Counted from the stretch's first letter, positions 29,026-38,691 are shown. The stretch is DNA of 64,000 bases from Candidatus Iainarchaeum sp. (GCA_026397015.1 JAPLVR010000003.1:128001-192000); one strand, 5' to 3'. Notes: generated by a model not told the origin, from the letters alone. Numbers and translations are program-made.

Positions 29026-29697
29026 ATGATTCTTGACAACCATGTTGAAGTGCTCCTAGAAAAATACATTAAAAATAATTCCGTTGTTTCATTCGGCACC
29101 GGCCAGTTAAACGAGCTTTTCCTGAAAAAGCTCGCAATTTACGCCGAGAAAAATAACTTGAAAATAAAATTTGTGCCGACTTCGCACAGGCTAACGGAAC
29201 TCTGTTCAAAACTGAAAATCGAAACCGTGTCACTTGATGACAACGATATAGATGTCGCATTTGATTTTGTCAATATGGTTGATGAAGATTTCAATTACAT
29301 TTCAAATGAAACCACCTCGCTAATAAGGGACAAGATGATTGCACAGAACGCAGGCGAAATGATAGTTGTTTGCGAGGACAAAAACTTCGTGAAAAAACTA
29401 TGCGGAAAAATCTGCCTCGAAGTTAATCCTTTTGCAATCAACAAAACACTTTTGCAGATAATGAATCTTGGGGAGCCGAAACTCAGAGTGAATGGGGAAA
29501 AACCCGCATTAAGTGAAACGGGAAACTATTTCGTCGATATCGAATTGGACGATATTTACTCCCTTGACGATTTGGAATTTCAGGCGAAAAACATTCCCTG
29601 TGTCCTCGAAACCAGCGTTTTCATAGGGTATGCGGACAGGGTTGTTCTGCACGGCGACAAAGTAGTGGTAAAAAGCAGGATGACCAACAAAGAATGA
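29026..29697 (+). CDS. rpiA: Ribose-5-phosphate isomerase A-like protein with divergent active site
   Basis: FGTG, VPTS, LEV.PF, ETGNY, IP.VLE..VF; DGAD and KGGG replaced. Confidence 0.8.
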   Translation: MILDNHVEVLLEKYIKNNSVVSFGTGQLNELFLKKLAIYAEKNNLKIKFVPTSHRLTELCSKLKIETVSLDDNDIDVAFDFVNMVDEDFNYISNETTSLIRDKMIAQNAGEMIVVCEDKNFVKKLCGKICLEVNPFAINKTLLQIMNLGEPKLRVNGEKPALSETGNYFVDIELDDIYSLDDLEFQAKNIPCVLETSVFIGYADRVVLHGDKVVVKSRMTNKE

Positions 29698-29747
29698 GCC
29701 TTTTAAATTCTTTTCCCGGCAAGTTTTTCTAAAGGCCTGCGCAGCAC

Positions 29748-29802
29748 GGCACATCGAGCAAAGCGAAGATGGGCCTTTTCGCCGGCCTTTGAAAAAGGCC
29801 GT
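29748..29802 (+). repeat. Structured repeat in the tRNA-Met leader
   Basis: catcgagcaaagcgaagatg followed by ttttcgccggcctttgaaaaaggccg. Confidence 0.8.
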
Positions 29803-29875
29803 GCCACTGTAGATTAGCAGCCAAATCGCCTGACTCATAATCAGGAGATCGGCGGTGCGAACCCGCCCAGTGGCA
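29803..29875 (+). tRNA. tRNA-Met(CAT), elongator-type, atypical D- and T-loops
   Basis: GCCACTG/CAGTGGC-A, CCTGA-CTCATAA-TCAGG; T-loop TGCGAAC. Confidence 0.9.
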
Positions 29876-29905
29876 TTTTTATTTTTATAATTTGCAACCC
29901 CTTTT

Positions 29906-32086
29906 TTACAATTTAACTCTTTTCAGAAGCAACGCATTTGAAACGACCGAAACGCTTGAAAGCGCCATCGCACCGCCAGCAATTGCGGGAGAAAGAAGCA
30001 ATCCGAAAGAGGGGTAAAATATTCCTGCCGCAACGGTTATTCCCGCAACGTTATAAATCAGCGCCCAAAAAAGATTTTGCTTTATTTTGTCCATTGTCGC
30101 CCTGCCAAGTTTCAGTGCGCGGGAAATATCAAGGGGGTCGCTTCTCATCAAAACAATAGAGCCGGCTTCGATTGCGACATCTGTTCCTGCGCCTATTGCG
30201 ATTCCGATGTCCGCCTGTGCCAAAGCGGGCGCATCATTTATCCCGTCGCCGACCATCGCGACTTTTTTTCCCTCGCTCTGAAGCTTTTTTACATATTCAG
30301 CCTTCTCCGCAGGCATTACTTCTGAAAAATAGTTTTCGATTCCGACTTTTTTTGAAATTGCGGAAGTGACGCGCTCGTTGTCTCCGCTTATCAGCCATAC
30401 TTCTAGCCCCAATTTTTTAAGCTCAGCTATTGCGGAAGCGCTGTTTTTCCGCAAAACATCCGCTACCCCAATCACAGCAGTTGTTTCGCCGTTTTCTTTC
30501 AAAACAACTGCAGTTTTCCCTTCCTCTTCTATCGCCGCCAATGCTTCCAGCACTTCCTTTCCTTCATTCGTGCCTGCCTTTCCTAAAAACAATTTTTTCT
30601 TTCCGATAATCCCTTCAACGCCGACTCCATGAATTGCCCTGAATTTTTGCATCTTCAGCAAAGAGGCTTTCTTCTTGGAAGCATAACCAATAATTGCGCC
30701 TGCTAATGGGTGCTCGGAATTTTTTTCAAGCGAATAGGCAAAGGAAAGCGCCTCTTTTGCCTTTTGCTTTTCAAAAACGATAAAATCGACTACCTCGGGC
30801 TTTCCTTCTGTTATCGTGCCGGTTTTGTCTAGAACAACCGTGTTTATTTTGTAGGCGGATTCGAGCGCCTGCGCATTTTTTATCAGAATTCCTTTTTGCG
30901 CGCCTATGCCTGTCCCAACTATTATCGCCGTTGGTGTGGCCAGCCCAAGCGCACAAGGGCATGCAATTACGATGACAGAAACTGAAATAAGAAGGGCAAA
31001 TGAAAAGGACTGCCCTAAAACAAAGTACCAGATAAAGAAAGCGACAAGCGCAATAAGTATTACCGTTGGAACAAAATATGCGCTTACCCTGTCGGCAAAG
31101 CGCTGGATTTCGGCTTTGCTCGCCTGCGCCTCGGCGACGATTTTCACAATACCGGCAAGCACGGTTTCTTTTCCAACCTTCTTGACCCTAAATTTGAAGG
31201 CGCCGCCCTTATTTATCGACCCTGCAAAAATCCTCACCCCCTTGCCGACTTCTACCGGAATGCTTTCCCCTGTGAGCATGCTCTGGTCAATTGATGATTC
31301 GCCCTCAACAACAAACCCGTCAACCGGAATTTTTCCGCCGGGTTTCACAAAAACAATATCCCCTATAACAACTTCTTCAATCGGCAGAACAACTTCTTTT
31401 CCAGCCCTTAATACAATCGCTGTTTTTGGCGCGAGGTTGAGAAGTTTCTTTATCGCTTCGCCCGTCCTTCCTTTTACAAGCGCTTCAAGGTATTTTCCCG
31501 CAATAACGAATGTTATCAGGATTGCGGAAATTTCAAAGTATTGCTCTGTTGCGAAGCCAAGAAGGGCTGCGACGCTGTAAAAGTAAGAGGCGCTGGTTCC
31601 GATTGCGATGAGTGTGTCCATGTTCGAGGTTTTGTTTTCCAGAGCCTTCCACGCGCCAGAATAGAATCTCCAGCCGACGCCGAACTGAACGACGCTCGTG
31701 AAAGCAAAAAGAAGAAGCATTCTGAATGGAAAATCCATCAGGTACATTCCGAGCAGAACGGTGGGAACGGAAAAAATAATGCTTATCAACAGTGAAAATT
31801 TCAATTCACTTATTTCCTTGGATTTGAATTCGGCTGCATGGTCTCGTCCGGAATGGGAATACCCTTCATTGGCAATTGCCTTGTAGCCTGCCGCCTCTAT
31901 GACGCTGATTATTTTTTTCTCGTCAACCAGCGATTCGTCAAATTCTACAACAGCCTTCTCGGAAGCGAAACTTGCATTTGCGCTTTTGACACCCTCAAGC
32001 TTCCCAAGGATTTTTGTAATTGTCAGGGCACAGTTTGCGCAGTGCATTCCGCCGAGTTTGAATTCCGCCTTTTTCATAAAATCCAC
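29906..32086 (-). CDS. copA: Cu(I)-translocating P1B-type ATPase
   Basis: GMHCANC, TGES, CPC, DKTGT, SEHP, GDGIND, YN, MALSS. Confidence 0.96.
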   Translation of the reverse strand: MDFMKKAEFKLGGMHCANCALTITKILGKLEGVKSANASFASEKAVVEFDESLVDEKKIISVIEAAGYKAIANEGYSHSGRDHAAEFKSKEISELKFSLLISIIFSVPTVLLGMYLMDFPFRMLLLFAFTSVVQFGVGWRFYSGAWKALENKTSNMDTLIAIGTSASYFYSVAALLGFATEQYFEISAILITFVIAGKYLEALVKGRTGEAIKKLLNLAPKTAIVLRAGKEVVLPIEEVVIGDIVFVKPGGKIPVDGFVVEGESSIDQSMLTGESIPVEVGKGVRIFAGSINKGGAFKFRVKKVGKETVLAGIVKIVAEAQASKAEIQRFADRVSAYFVPTVILIALVAFFIWYFVLGQSFSFALLISVSVIVIACPCALGLATPTAIIVGTGIGAQKGILIKNAQALESAYKINTVVLDKTGTITEGKPEVVDFIVFEKQKAKEALSFAYSLEKNSEHPLAGAIIGYASKKKASLLKMQKFRAIHGVGVEGIIGKKKLFLGKAGTNEGKEVLEALAAIEEEGKTAVVLKENGETTAVIGVADVLRKNSASAIAELKKLGLEVWLISGDNERVTSAISKKVGIENYFSEVMPAEKAEYVKKLQSEGKKVAMVGDGINDAPALAQADIGIAIGAGTDVAIEAGSIVLMRSDPLDISRALKLGRATMDKIKQNLFWALIYNVAGITVAAGIFYPSFGLLLSPAIAGGAMALSSVSVVSNALLLKRVKL

Positions 32087-32133
32087 ACATTTTGCCTGAA
32101 AAGAGGCATAATTATTTTTCCTCCAAAATTGAT

Positions 32134-32712
32134 TTAACTTGAGACCATTTTGGCGGGAAATTCCCTGAATACGCTTAAAGAAAGCATTTCTTCAACCGAC
32201 GTTTTTGAAGGGTCATAAGTGACTAAAAAATCGTTCGGCAGAAGAAATTTTACCGAATCAATTCCTTGAATTGTTTTCAGCTCGCCCGATATTAGTGTCG
32301 CATGGCCCGGGCACGGAATGTCAACCTCCAATTTTACGGAAGCCGTTTCCGCGCCCGGAACCGCTGGTGAGCCATCAATTAGTGAAAAATTTGCAAGCAT
32401 CGGGAAAACGAGCATGAAGAAAAATAAATTAACTCCTATTGTGGAGCCATACATCAGGGAAAGGTACTTCCATTTCCTTTTTATTCCTCTGAGAGAAAGT
32501 ATGCCGTTGTTCCGCAGGTAAATTGCAGAGGAAATCGTTGCGAAGAGAATAGAGAGAAGAATGAGAAAATAGAAGAAATACCTGTTCATGAGGAGGGGCT
32601 TGAAGAGTTGGGTTAGGAAAGTTACGCCAAGTATGGATGCTGCTATGAAAGTTATGCAGCCGATGTGCGGAATGATGCCGTAAATTATTCCTTTTGAAAT
32701 TTCTTTTTTCAA
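32134..32712 (-). CDS. Membrane protein with C-terminal HMA-like domain
   Basis: Three TMs with PHIGC; C-terminal IPCPGH...V.YDP. Confidence 0.75.
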   Translation of the reverse strand: MKKEISKGIIYGIIPHIGCITFIAASILGVTFLTQLFKPLLMNRYFFYFLILLSILFATISSAIYLRNNGILSLRGIKRKWKYLSLMYGSTIGVNLFFFMLVFPMLANFSLIDGSPAVPGAETASVKLEVDIPCPGHATLISGELKTIQGIDSVKFLLPNDFLVTYDPSKTSVEEMLSLSVFREFPAKMVSS

Positions 32713-32736
32713 GCAAACTCCCCTAAGAATAAAAAA

Positions 32737-32826
32737 TTAACAATTGCAACTCAACCAAAAATTAACAATTGTTAAATAATATTATATCAAACCGAACGCA
32801 TTATAAACCTTTCTTAACAATTGTAA
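32737..32826. promoter_or_regulatory. Three copies of the palindromic operator-like TTAACAATTG(TTAA)
   Basis: At 32737..32746, 32762..32775 and 32814..32826, between divergent genes. Confidence 0.65.
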
Positions 32827-32829
32827 ATT

Positions 32830-33117
32830 ATGCTGCCGTGCGAAAAAGCCCATTGGACTTTAATCCCTGCCATCAGGAGGGAGTTTGCAAAAGTATATAT
32901 TGAAGAAATCGGTTTGAGTCAGAAAGAGGCGGCGAAAAGACTCTGCATCAGCGAAGCCGCCATTTCACACTACGTAAAGGGCAAGCGCGGCAACACTTCT
33001 GTTTTGAACAAAAAAACAAAAAAATACATAAAAAAACTCGCCAGATCCGGGGCTAAAAACGGGGAGAAACTCATATGCACGACGTGCAAATTCGCAATAA
33101 AGCAGAACCTTTGCTGA
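32830..33117 (+). CDS. HTH transcriptional regulator with Cys ligands
   Basis: LPCE...SQKEAAKRLCISEAAISHYVKGKRG...CTTC. Confidence 0.85.
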   Translation: MLPCEKAHWTLIPAIRREFAKVYIEEIGLSQKEAAKRLCISEAAISHYVKGKRGNTSVLNKKTKKYIKKLARSGAKNGEKLICTTCKFAIKQNLC

Positions 33118-33155
33118 CTGCAAAGCAACCGGACAAAAACCCACAATTATTTTAA

Positions 33156-33731
33156 TTGTTTGGATTTCCAATTGAATTTATGTACCAGCAGATAAGGGCC
33201 GCAATCGGCAAGATGGTTGATTCCGGAACGCACATAAATGTGGCCGAGGCAACCGAAATAATCGCAAAAAAACTCGGCCTGAGCGAAGCGATGGTGCAGT
33301 TCGCGCACATTGAAATAAGAAATTCTGTTTTTGAGCCGGAATACAAAAAAATCCCTTACAAACAAAGGATCCTTTTTTTGCCCCACTGCGCAAGGAACAT
33401 CAAGAACTGCCGGGCGAAGCAAACGGGCGAAGGATTGAGATGCGGACATTGCAAATCGTGCGACATCGACAAGGCGGTGAAGCTGGCGGAAGACCTGGGT
33501 TACATGAAAGTTTTCATCGTGCCGGGGGGCAGCATGGTAAAAAAGCTCCTGCAAAAATACAAGCCGAAAGCAGGCATCGGGGTGTGCTGTTTCAACGAGG
33601 CTCTTATGGCATTCGACATGATTAAAGGCAGTGGGGTAGTGCCGCAGGTGGTTTTACTTTTGAACGACGGCTGCAGGGACACGAAAATAAATATGCCTCT
33701 ACTGGAAGAAAGGATAAGGCTAAGGGAATAA
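33156..33731 (+). CDS. DUF116-like Cys-rich protein
   Basis: LFLPHC, CGHCKSC, IVPGGS, GVCC, GC.DT. Confidence 0.75.
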   Translation: MFGFPIEFMYQQIRAAIGKMVDSGTHINVAEATEIIAKKLGLSEAMVQFAHIEIRNSVFEPEYKKIPYKQRILFLPHCARNIKNCRAKQTGEGLRCGHCKSCDIDKAVKLAEDLGYMKVFIVPGGSMVKKLLQKYKPKAGIGVCCFNEALMAFDMIKGSGVVPQVVLLLNDGCRDTKINMPLLEERIRLRE

Positions 33732-33742
33732 CTTGGAAAGTA

Positions 33743-34393
33743 TTACTCTATTCCGAGCAGTTTTTCTATTTCCGCAAAATTTTTGGCAATATAAATGGGT
33801 GCAAATTTTTTCAGCTGAAACTCTGTTGAGATGCCGGTTCTTTTTGCCACAAACGTCACGCCGGCTCTCCTGCACATCAAGCCGTCCTGGTTCGAATCGC
33901 CGACAAAAACAATTTCCTCTTTTTTAACTTTAAGTTTTTTGAGCGCCTTTTCAAGCGGCTCTATGTCCGGCTTTTTATGTTCAACATCGTCGCTTGTAAT
34001 TATGCAATTTACAAACCGCCTTGTTTTTTTGCCGAGAACCGCATTTACAAAAGACCAACGCGACCCGGTCACAATTCCAACTTTGTATTTTTTCGAGGCT
34101 TTTTCCAAAAAAAATTTGGAATCTTCGAACCAAATATCTTTTTCTTTTTTCAGAAGCCTGAGAAAAACCCGCCTCCTGTAATTCACAAAATCGCCAAGAT
34201 TGAATGAAAGTTTATTTTTATCCATGAAATAATACGCCACTTCGCGCGAGTGAACCTGCGATAATTCCCTGAGCTTCTGCCTTGAAATCTTGAAACCGAA
34301 GTGCCTTATCGTTTCATCAAAACTTTTCATTATAAGCGGAATGGAATCAATCAGTGTTCCGTCCAAATCCATCAAAACTGCTTTGAGTTTCAT
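33743..34393 (-). CDS. HAD-family hydrolase
   Basis: DLDGTLID, VTG, KP, VGDS..D; start MKLKAV at 34393. Confidence 0.9.
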   Translation of the reverse strand: MKLKAVLMDLDGTLIDSIPLIMKSFDETIRHFGFKISRQKLRELSQVHSREVAYYFMDKNKLSFNLGDFVNYRRRVFLRLLKKEKDIWFEDSKFFLEKASKKYKVGIVTGSRWSFVNAVLGKKTRRFVNCIITSDDVEHKKPDIEPLEKALKKLKVKKEEIVFVGDSNQDGLMCRRAGVTFVAKRTGISTEFQLKKFAPIYIAKNFAEIEKLLGIE

Positions 34394-34447
34394 TACAGAG
34401 AGGTTCGGGAAAAGCAATTTAAACCTAAGCGGAGACAAACTCATAAG

Positions 34448-34589
34448 CCGGCTGCTCTTTGCGGAGCAGGGCTTACCAAGCGAAGCGAAGGTGGGCAATT
34501 CGGCCGGTTTTTTTTAAAAGGCTTGTACGAAGCATGATTCATCGAGCATCAGTGAAGATGAATCTTTTCGCCGGCCTTTCTAAAAGGCC
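34448..34589 (+). repeat. Structured repeat in the tRNA-Glu leader
   Basis: gattcatcgagcatcagtgaagatgaatc at 34536..34564 followed by ttttcgccggcctttctaaaaggcc; variant motif at 34471..34496. Confidence 0.8.
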
Positions 34590-34662
34590 GCCCCGATAGT
34601 GTAGCGGTCAAGCACTCCACCCTCTCACGGTGGAAACTCGGGTTCGAGTCCCGATCGGGGTA
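34590..34662 (+). tRNA. tRNA-Glu(CTC); integration site
   Basis: GCCCCGA/TCGGGGT, CCACC-CTCTCAC-GGTGG, GGTTCGAGTCC. Confidence 0.95.
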
Positions 34663-34762
34663 TATCGTAAAACAGGGTATATTATTCGCCAGATTACTGG
34701 TTGTACAAACCTTTATATAGCGACCAAACTCGAAGAATATATTATTCTCAGAGTTGGTTTGA

Positions 34763-35932
34763 ATGGTAGATTTGTACAATAACAAGGCGAGGTATGCCCG
34801 AAAAAAAAAAGAACTAATTGATGAGTTCGAGGGCGAAATAAAAGAAATTTTGAAAAAGTACGTTGCCCTGCATGACTCAAAATTTGAACGCGAACAAATG
34901 GCTTACGGCTCTGCCTTACGAAGCCTTGAAACCGCACGGGACATTTCCAGTTGGAAAGATATATTTTCAGAGAAACCTTACTCAGTTGAAGCGGCTAAAG
35001 AATGGTGGAAGCACCAATTAGTAAGACCAAGTCAGAAGAGCAAACAAAAGCTGACCATTAGTACCTTGGAAAAGGCACAAGGGCAAGCGTCAAAATTTTT
35101 CAAATTCCTTGAATTCCTAGAAACTGAAAACGACATTGCTTTTTTTAACACTCAAAAATTACCTCCTGCAAAAGCCAGCAGGTATTTTATCGTGGAAATA
35201 CCAAAAAAACAAAAAGAAATCCCCCGCCTCAACCTAACTAAATTTATTGAGGTGTTTCATACTTTGACAAAATCCCCCATGTATTACGAACGGCTTGCAG
35301 GAATTCTGTTCATTGCTGCTTATGATTTGGGTTGCCGGTTTGGCGAACTCGCTTCACTAAAGAACAAGAGTTTTCAAGTGGTTGAAGGGCAACTGCTAAT
35401 TAACTTGGAGGACTCAAAAACCAAGACGAGAACCGTTGTCCCAATCTTGTCAAAAAAATACTTAATTAATTGGCAATCCATGTCGCCAACTCGCGATGAC
35501 CCCGAAGGATACTTCTTTTGTGACCGAAAGGGCAGCTTTGTTCCTTATGACAAGGTCAGTATGGCTTTGAAAGAAGCGTGTGCTAAGGTCGGTTTTGAAT
35601 TTCCAGGATGCAAATTATGGCATTACCTTCGCCACGAATTTGCTTCTCGGGCCTACCAAATGCCAGAAAATCTAATTAGGTATTACCTTGGTTGGAGTGA
35701 TGGAAGCATTAGAGCAGTTTATTCGCACAATAATTGGAAGGAGTGCTTGCCATACCTTCACAAAATGAACGAGGGGCACCCATTGCTTGATGAGCCTTTA
35801 TCCGTACTTGAAAAAGAAGAAACAAACAAATTTGAGAGCCAGCTCGAGCAATTGATAGAGAGCAAAGTTGTTGAATGGTTAAGAAACAATCAAAAAAACG
35901 GAGGTGATTTACATGAAGAAATACAAATTTAG
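34763..35932 (+). CDS. Tyrosine recombinase/integrase
   Basis: GCRFGEL, SKT, HYLRH, LGW, VY catalytic set. Confidence 0.92.
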   Translation: MVDLYNNKARYARKKKELIDEFEGEIKEILKKYVALHDSKFEREQMAYGSALRSLETARDISSWKDIFSEKPYSVEAAKEWWKHQLVRPSQKSKQKLTISTLEKAQGQASKFFKFLEFLETENDIAFFNTQKLPPAKASRYFIVEIPKKQKEIPRLNLTKFIEVFHTLTKSPMYYERLAGILFIAAYDLGCRFGELASLKNKSFQVVEGQLLINLEDSKTKTRTVVPILSKKYLINWQSMSPTRDDPEGYFFCDRKGSFVPYDKVSMALKEACAKVGFEFPGCKLWHYLRHEFASRAYQMPENLIRYYLGWSDGSIRAVYSHNNWKECLPYLHKMNEGHPLLDEPLSVLEKEETNKFESQLEQLIESKVVEWLRNNQKNGGDLHEEIQI

Positions 35933-36050
35933 ATGCACTCGCTGCGGAATAGTTGTTGAATCAGACACAATTCCCCCAGAAAGAAAACTTGTCGGACCAT
36001 GCACTCAAGTACACAACGGAGAACATTATTGGTACAAAATATGGGGGTAA
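35913..36050 (+). CDS. Small Zn-ribbon-like protein (45 aa, below the ORF-track cutoff)
   Basis: GGAGGTGA RBS; MKKYKFRCTRCG...GPCTQVHNGEHYWYKIWG. Confidence 0.65.
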   Translation: MKKYKFRCTRCGIVVESDTIPPERKLVGPCTQVHNGEHYWYKIWG

Positions 36051-36172
36051 TGAAGTATCTTGGCAGATATGACCAAAAGTGCGCAATGGCGACCACTATT
36101 GGCTATACCATGGTGGCAAGGCACTCTAAGAGCATTTAAAAAGATAAAACTGAAAATATTATTGGTGTTGGG

Positions 36173-37402
36173 ATGAAAACGATTAACCATACATGGGATT
36201 TTTCTGGTGCCAATACTAAGTACTACACTCACGGCATTCATTCTTATCCCGCAATGATGATTCCTCAAGTTGCCCACAGAATAATAGAAGAACATGGAAA
36301 AAATGCAGAAACTGCTTATGACCCATTTTGCGGCTCAGGAAGTGTATTACTCGAATTCAAAACCGCAGGAATCGAATGTTATGGCTCAGACTTAAACCCA
36401 TTAGCAATACTCATTAGCAAAGCAAAAACAACTCCTATTGCTACAGAAAAAATTGAAAAAGCATTTCAAAAAATATCTCAACGGATAAAGGAGATTGAAA
36501 ATAAACCTTGTGAAGAACCCAACTTTTCAAAAATAGATTTTTGGTTCAAAAAGAAACCCATCAAAGACCTTGCAATAATCAAGCTAGCTATTGACGAGTT
36601 AGAGGAAACTACTCTAAAAAACTTTTTCCTTGTTTGCTTTAGTGAAACAGTTAGAAAAAGCAGTAACACCCGTGGAGGAGAGTTCAAACTCTACCGCCTA
36701 GGAGAAAAAGATCTTGCGAAATATAATCCCAAGGCAAATGAGATATTTGGAAAAATATACCAGCGTAACGTGGCTGGCATGAATGAACTTAACAATCTAA
36801 CCAAACAAAAAGAACTTCCAAGTGTTACTGTTCTTGAAGCAGACGTAAGCAAAAAAGTCCCCATAGAACCCAAGAGCATAGACCTGATTGTTTCATCCCC
36901 CCCTTATGGGGACAGTAGGACCACTGTAGCTTATGGGCAATTCAGCCGATTAAGCATGCAATGGCTCGGAATTAATCACAATAAAAATACTGACGTGGAC
37001 AAAAATAGCTTGGGCGGTAAGCCACAAAAAGAAAACCTCGTAGAACATTCCACAAATCTCGAAAAAGCCATCTCAAAAATAAGCAAAGAAGATGAAAAAA
37101 GAGCTCAGGACGTGATATCTTTCTTTAATGACTTTTATCTTGCTGCACAAAACATAGAAAAAGTCATGAAAGAAAACTCAACCATCGCATGGGTAGTTGG
37201 GAATCGAACAGTAAAAGGCATAAAAATTCCAACTGACCAGATACTCGTCGATATGTTCAGAGACCTCAATTACACCCATGATAAAACAATTATCAGAAGC
37301 ATTCCATCAAAAAGAATGCCAAGAAGCAACAGCCCGACAAATAAGAAAGGGGTTTTATCTCCAACAATGAATGAAGAGTACATCATTATTTTGAAACGGT
37401 GA
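36173..37402 (+). CDS. Site-specific DNA methyltransferase, probably N4-cytosine
   Basis: H.YPA, YDPFCGSG, then SSPPY. Confidence 0.9.
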   Translation: MKTINHTWDFSGANTKYYTHGIHSYPAMMIPQVAHRIIEEHGKNAETAYDPFCGSGSVLLEFKTAGIECYGSDLNPLAILISKAKTTPIATEKIEKAFQKISQRIKEIENKPCEEPNFSKIDFWFKKKPIKDLAIIKLAIDELEETTLKNFFLVCFSETVRKSSNTRGGEFKLYRLGEKDLAKYNPKANEIFGKIYQRNVAGMNELNNLTKQKELPSVTVLEADVSKKVPIEPKSIDLIVSSPPYGDSRTTVAYGQFSRLSMQWLGINHNKNTDVDKNSLGGKPQKENLVEHSTNLEKAISKISKEDEKRAQDVISFFNDFYLAAQNIEKVMKENSTIAWVVGNRTVKGIKIPTDQILVDMFRDLNYTHDKTIIRSIPSKRMPRSNSPTNKKGVLSPTMNEEYIIILKR

Positions 37403-37611
37403 AGCTTATGACAGTACACGAATCATTAAGAGATGGAAGAAAAATATACAACACGATAAAGAAAGATGGCGACCGACTAATTTTTTCTAAAGATTTCCCA
37501 AATTGCAAAGGTCTTTATCCCGACTGCCCCTCAAATCCTTCGCTTACGGAAAAAAATTGTAGAACCTGCCCAAAAACAGACGAATTGAAAAAACCAAAAA
37601 TGGAAAGTTAA
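37399..37611 (+). CDS. Small Cys-rich hypothetical protein
   Basis: 70 aa, overlaps the MTase stop; CKGLYPDCP...CRTCP. Confidence 0.55.
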   Translation: MKLMTVHESLRDGRKIYNTIKKDGDRLIFSKDFPNCKGLYPDCPSNPSLTEKNCRTCPKTDELKKPKMES

Positions 37612-37623
37612 TATGGTGAACAA

Positions 37624-38121
37624 ATGACACTTCAAAAACAAAACATCTGCAATGCGGGGGAGTATTATTTTGCATCAATACTTTCAGCACAAAATTTTAC
37701 GGTAACCATAACTCTTGGAAGGGCAGAAAAGTATGACATACTTGCAGTAAATGAAAAAGGAAAGACAATAAAAATATCTGTAAAGTCAAGATACAAAGAG
37801 GCAGTAAAAAGATTTCCTTTAAAAGAAAGTGATGAAACTAATGGTGCTGACGATTTCTTTTATGTCTTTGTTCGGCTCAACGAATTTAAAAAAGAACCTG
37901 ACTTTTGGATTGTTCCGAGCAAAAGAGTTAATGAACTGACTCATCACGCTTCGCACATTTATTTTGACATCAAAAAACGCAAAGATGGCAAGCGCCACAA
38001 GGATACAGGAATAAGGAATTTTTGGTTAGTCATAAATAAAACAAGTAAAGGGCTGTTTCCAAAAAATTGGGAAAACGAGCTAAAGACTTATCACAAAAAT
38101 ATTTCTCAACTTACTCGTTAA
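37624..38121 (+). CDS. PD-(D/E)XK-like nuclease
   Basis: AGEY...LS, YDILA, ISVKS; GGTGA RBS. Confidence 0.65.
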   Translation: MTLQKQNICNAGEYYFASILSAQNFTVTITLGRAEKYDILAVNEKGKTIKISVKSRYKEAVKRFPLKESDETNGADDFFYVFVRLNEFKKEPDFWIVPSKRVNELTHHASHIYFDIKKRKDGKRHKDTGIRNFWLVINKTSKGLFPKNWENELKTYHKNISQLTR

Positions 38122-38161
38122 TATTTAAAGCAAAGATATTTTCAAAAAAGGAAGCGAAATA

Positions 38162-38641
38162 ATGACTGATGAAGAAAGTTTAGATTATCTGAAAAAAACA
38201 TATCCTTCAATTTTGTCTCAAGCAAAATCCAATCGAGACGAATATTTCTCGAAAGTTATGGGTAACGTTAAAACGTACTGGCGGAAGAAAAACTCGCTGG
38301 TGTTTAAACGTTCTCAAGAAAATTTATTCATTTTTGGATTCTATTGCGAAGCATGTGTCGTGTCAAGAGTTGTTTTAGAGGATGCCATACGGCGAAAATA
38401 TAATCCTTCTTCAAAGAAAACACTCGAAACGATTATTGATGAATGCCTTATAGGCAAAACAAAAGATTTAGCACACAAAATACGAAAGAATGGAAATAAT
38501 TTTGCCCATGAAAACTGGCGCAGAAGACAACCCTTATTTCCAGAAAAAGACGAAAAGGAAAAAGCCATGAAATCTGCAAAAGCGTTAAATCAAGTATTAG
38601 TTGATTTGGGTTATAAAGAACCAGAGTTTTTTCAGGGTTGA
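38162..38641 (+). CDS. DUF4145/HEPN-like protein
   Basis: R.VLE..I and IRKNGNNFAH. Confidence 0.6.
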   Translation: MTDEESLDYLKKTYPSILSQAKSNRDEYFSKVMGNVKTYWRKKNSLVFKRSQENLFIFGFYCEACVVSRVVLEDAIRRKYNPSSKKTLETIIDECLIGKTKDLAHKIRKNGNNFAHENWRRRQPLFPEKDEKEKAMKSAKALNQVLVDLGYKEPEFFQG

Positions 38642-38691
38642 AAAGCACTTAAAAACCCTAAGTTAGGGAATATTTCGGAGGGTTATCCTCA

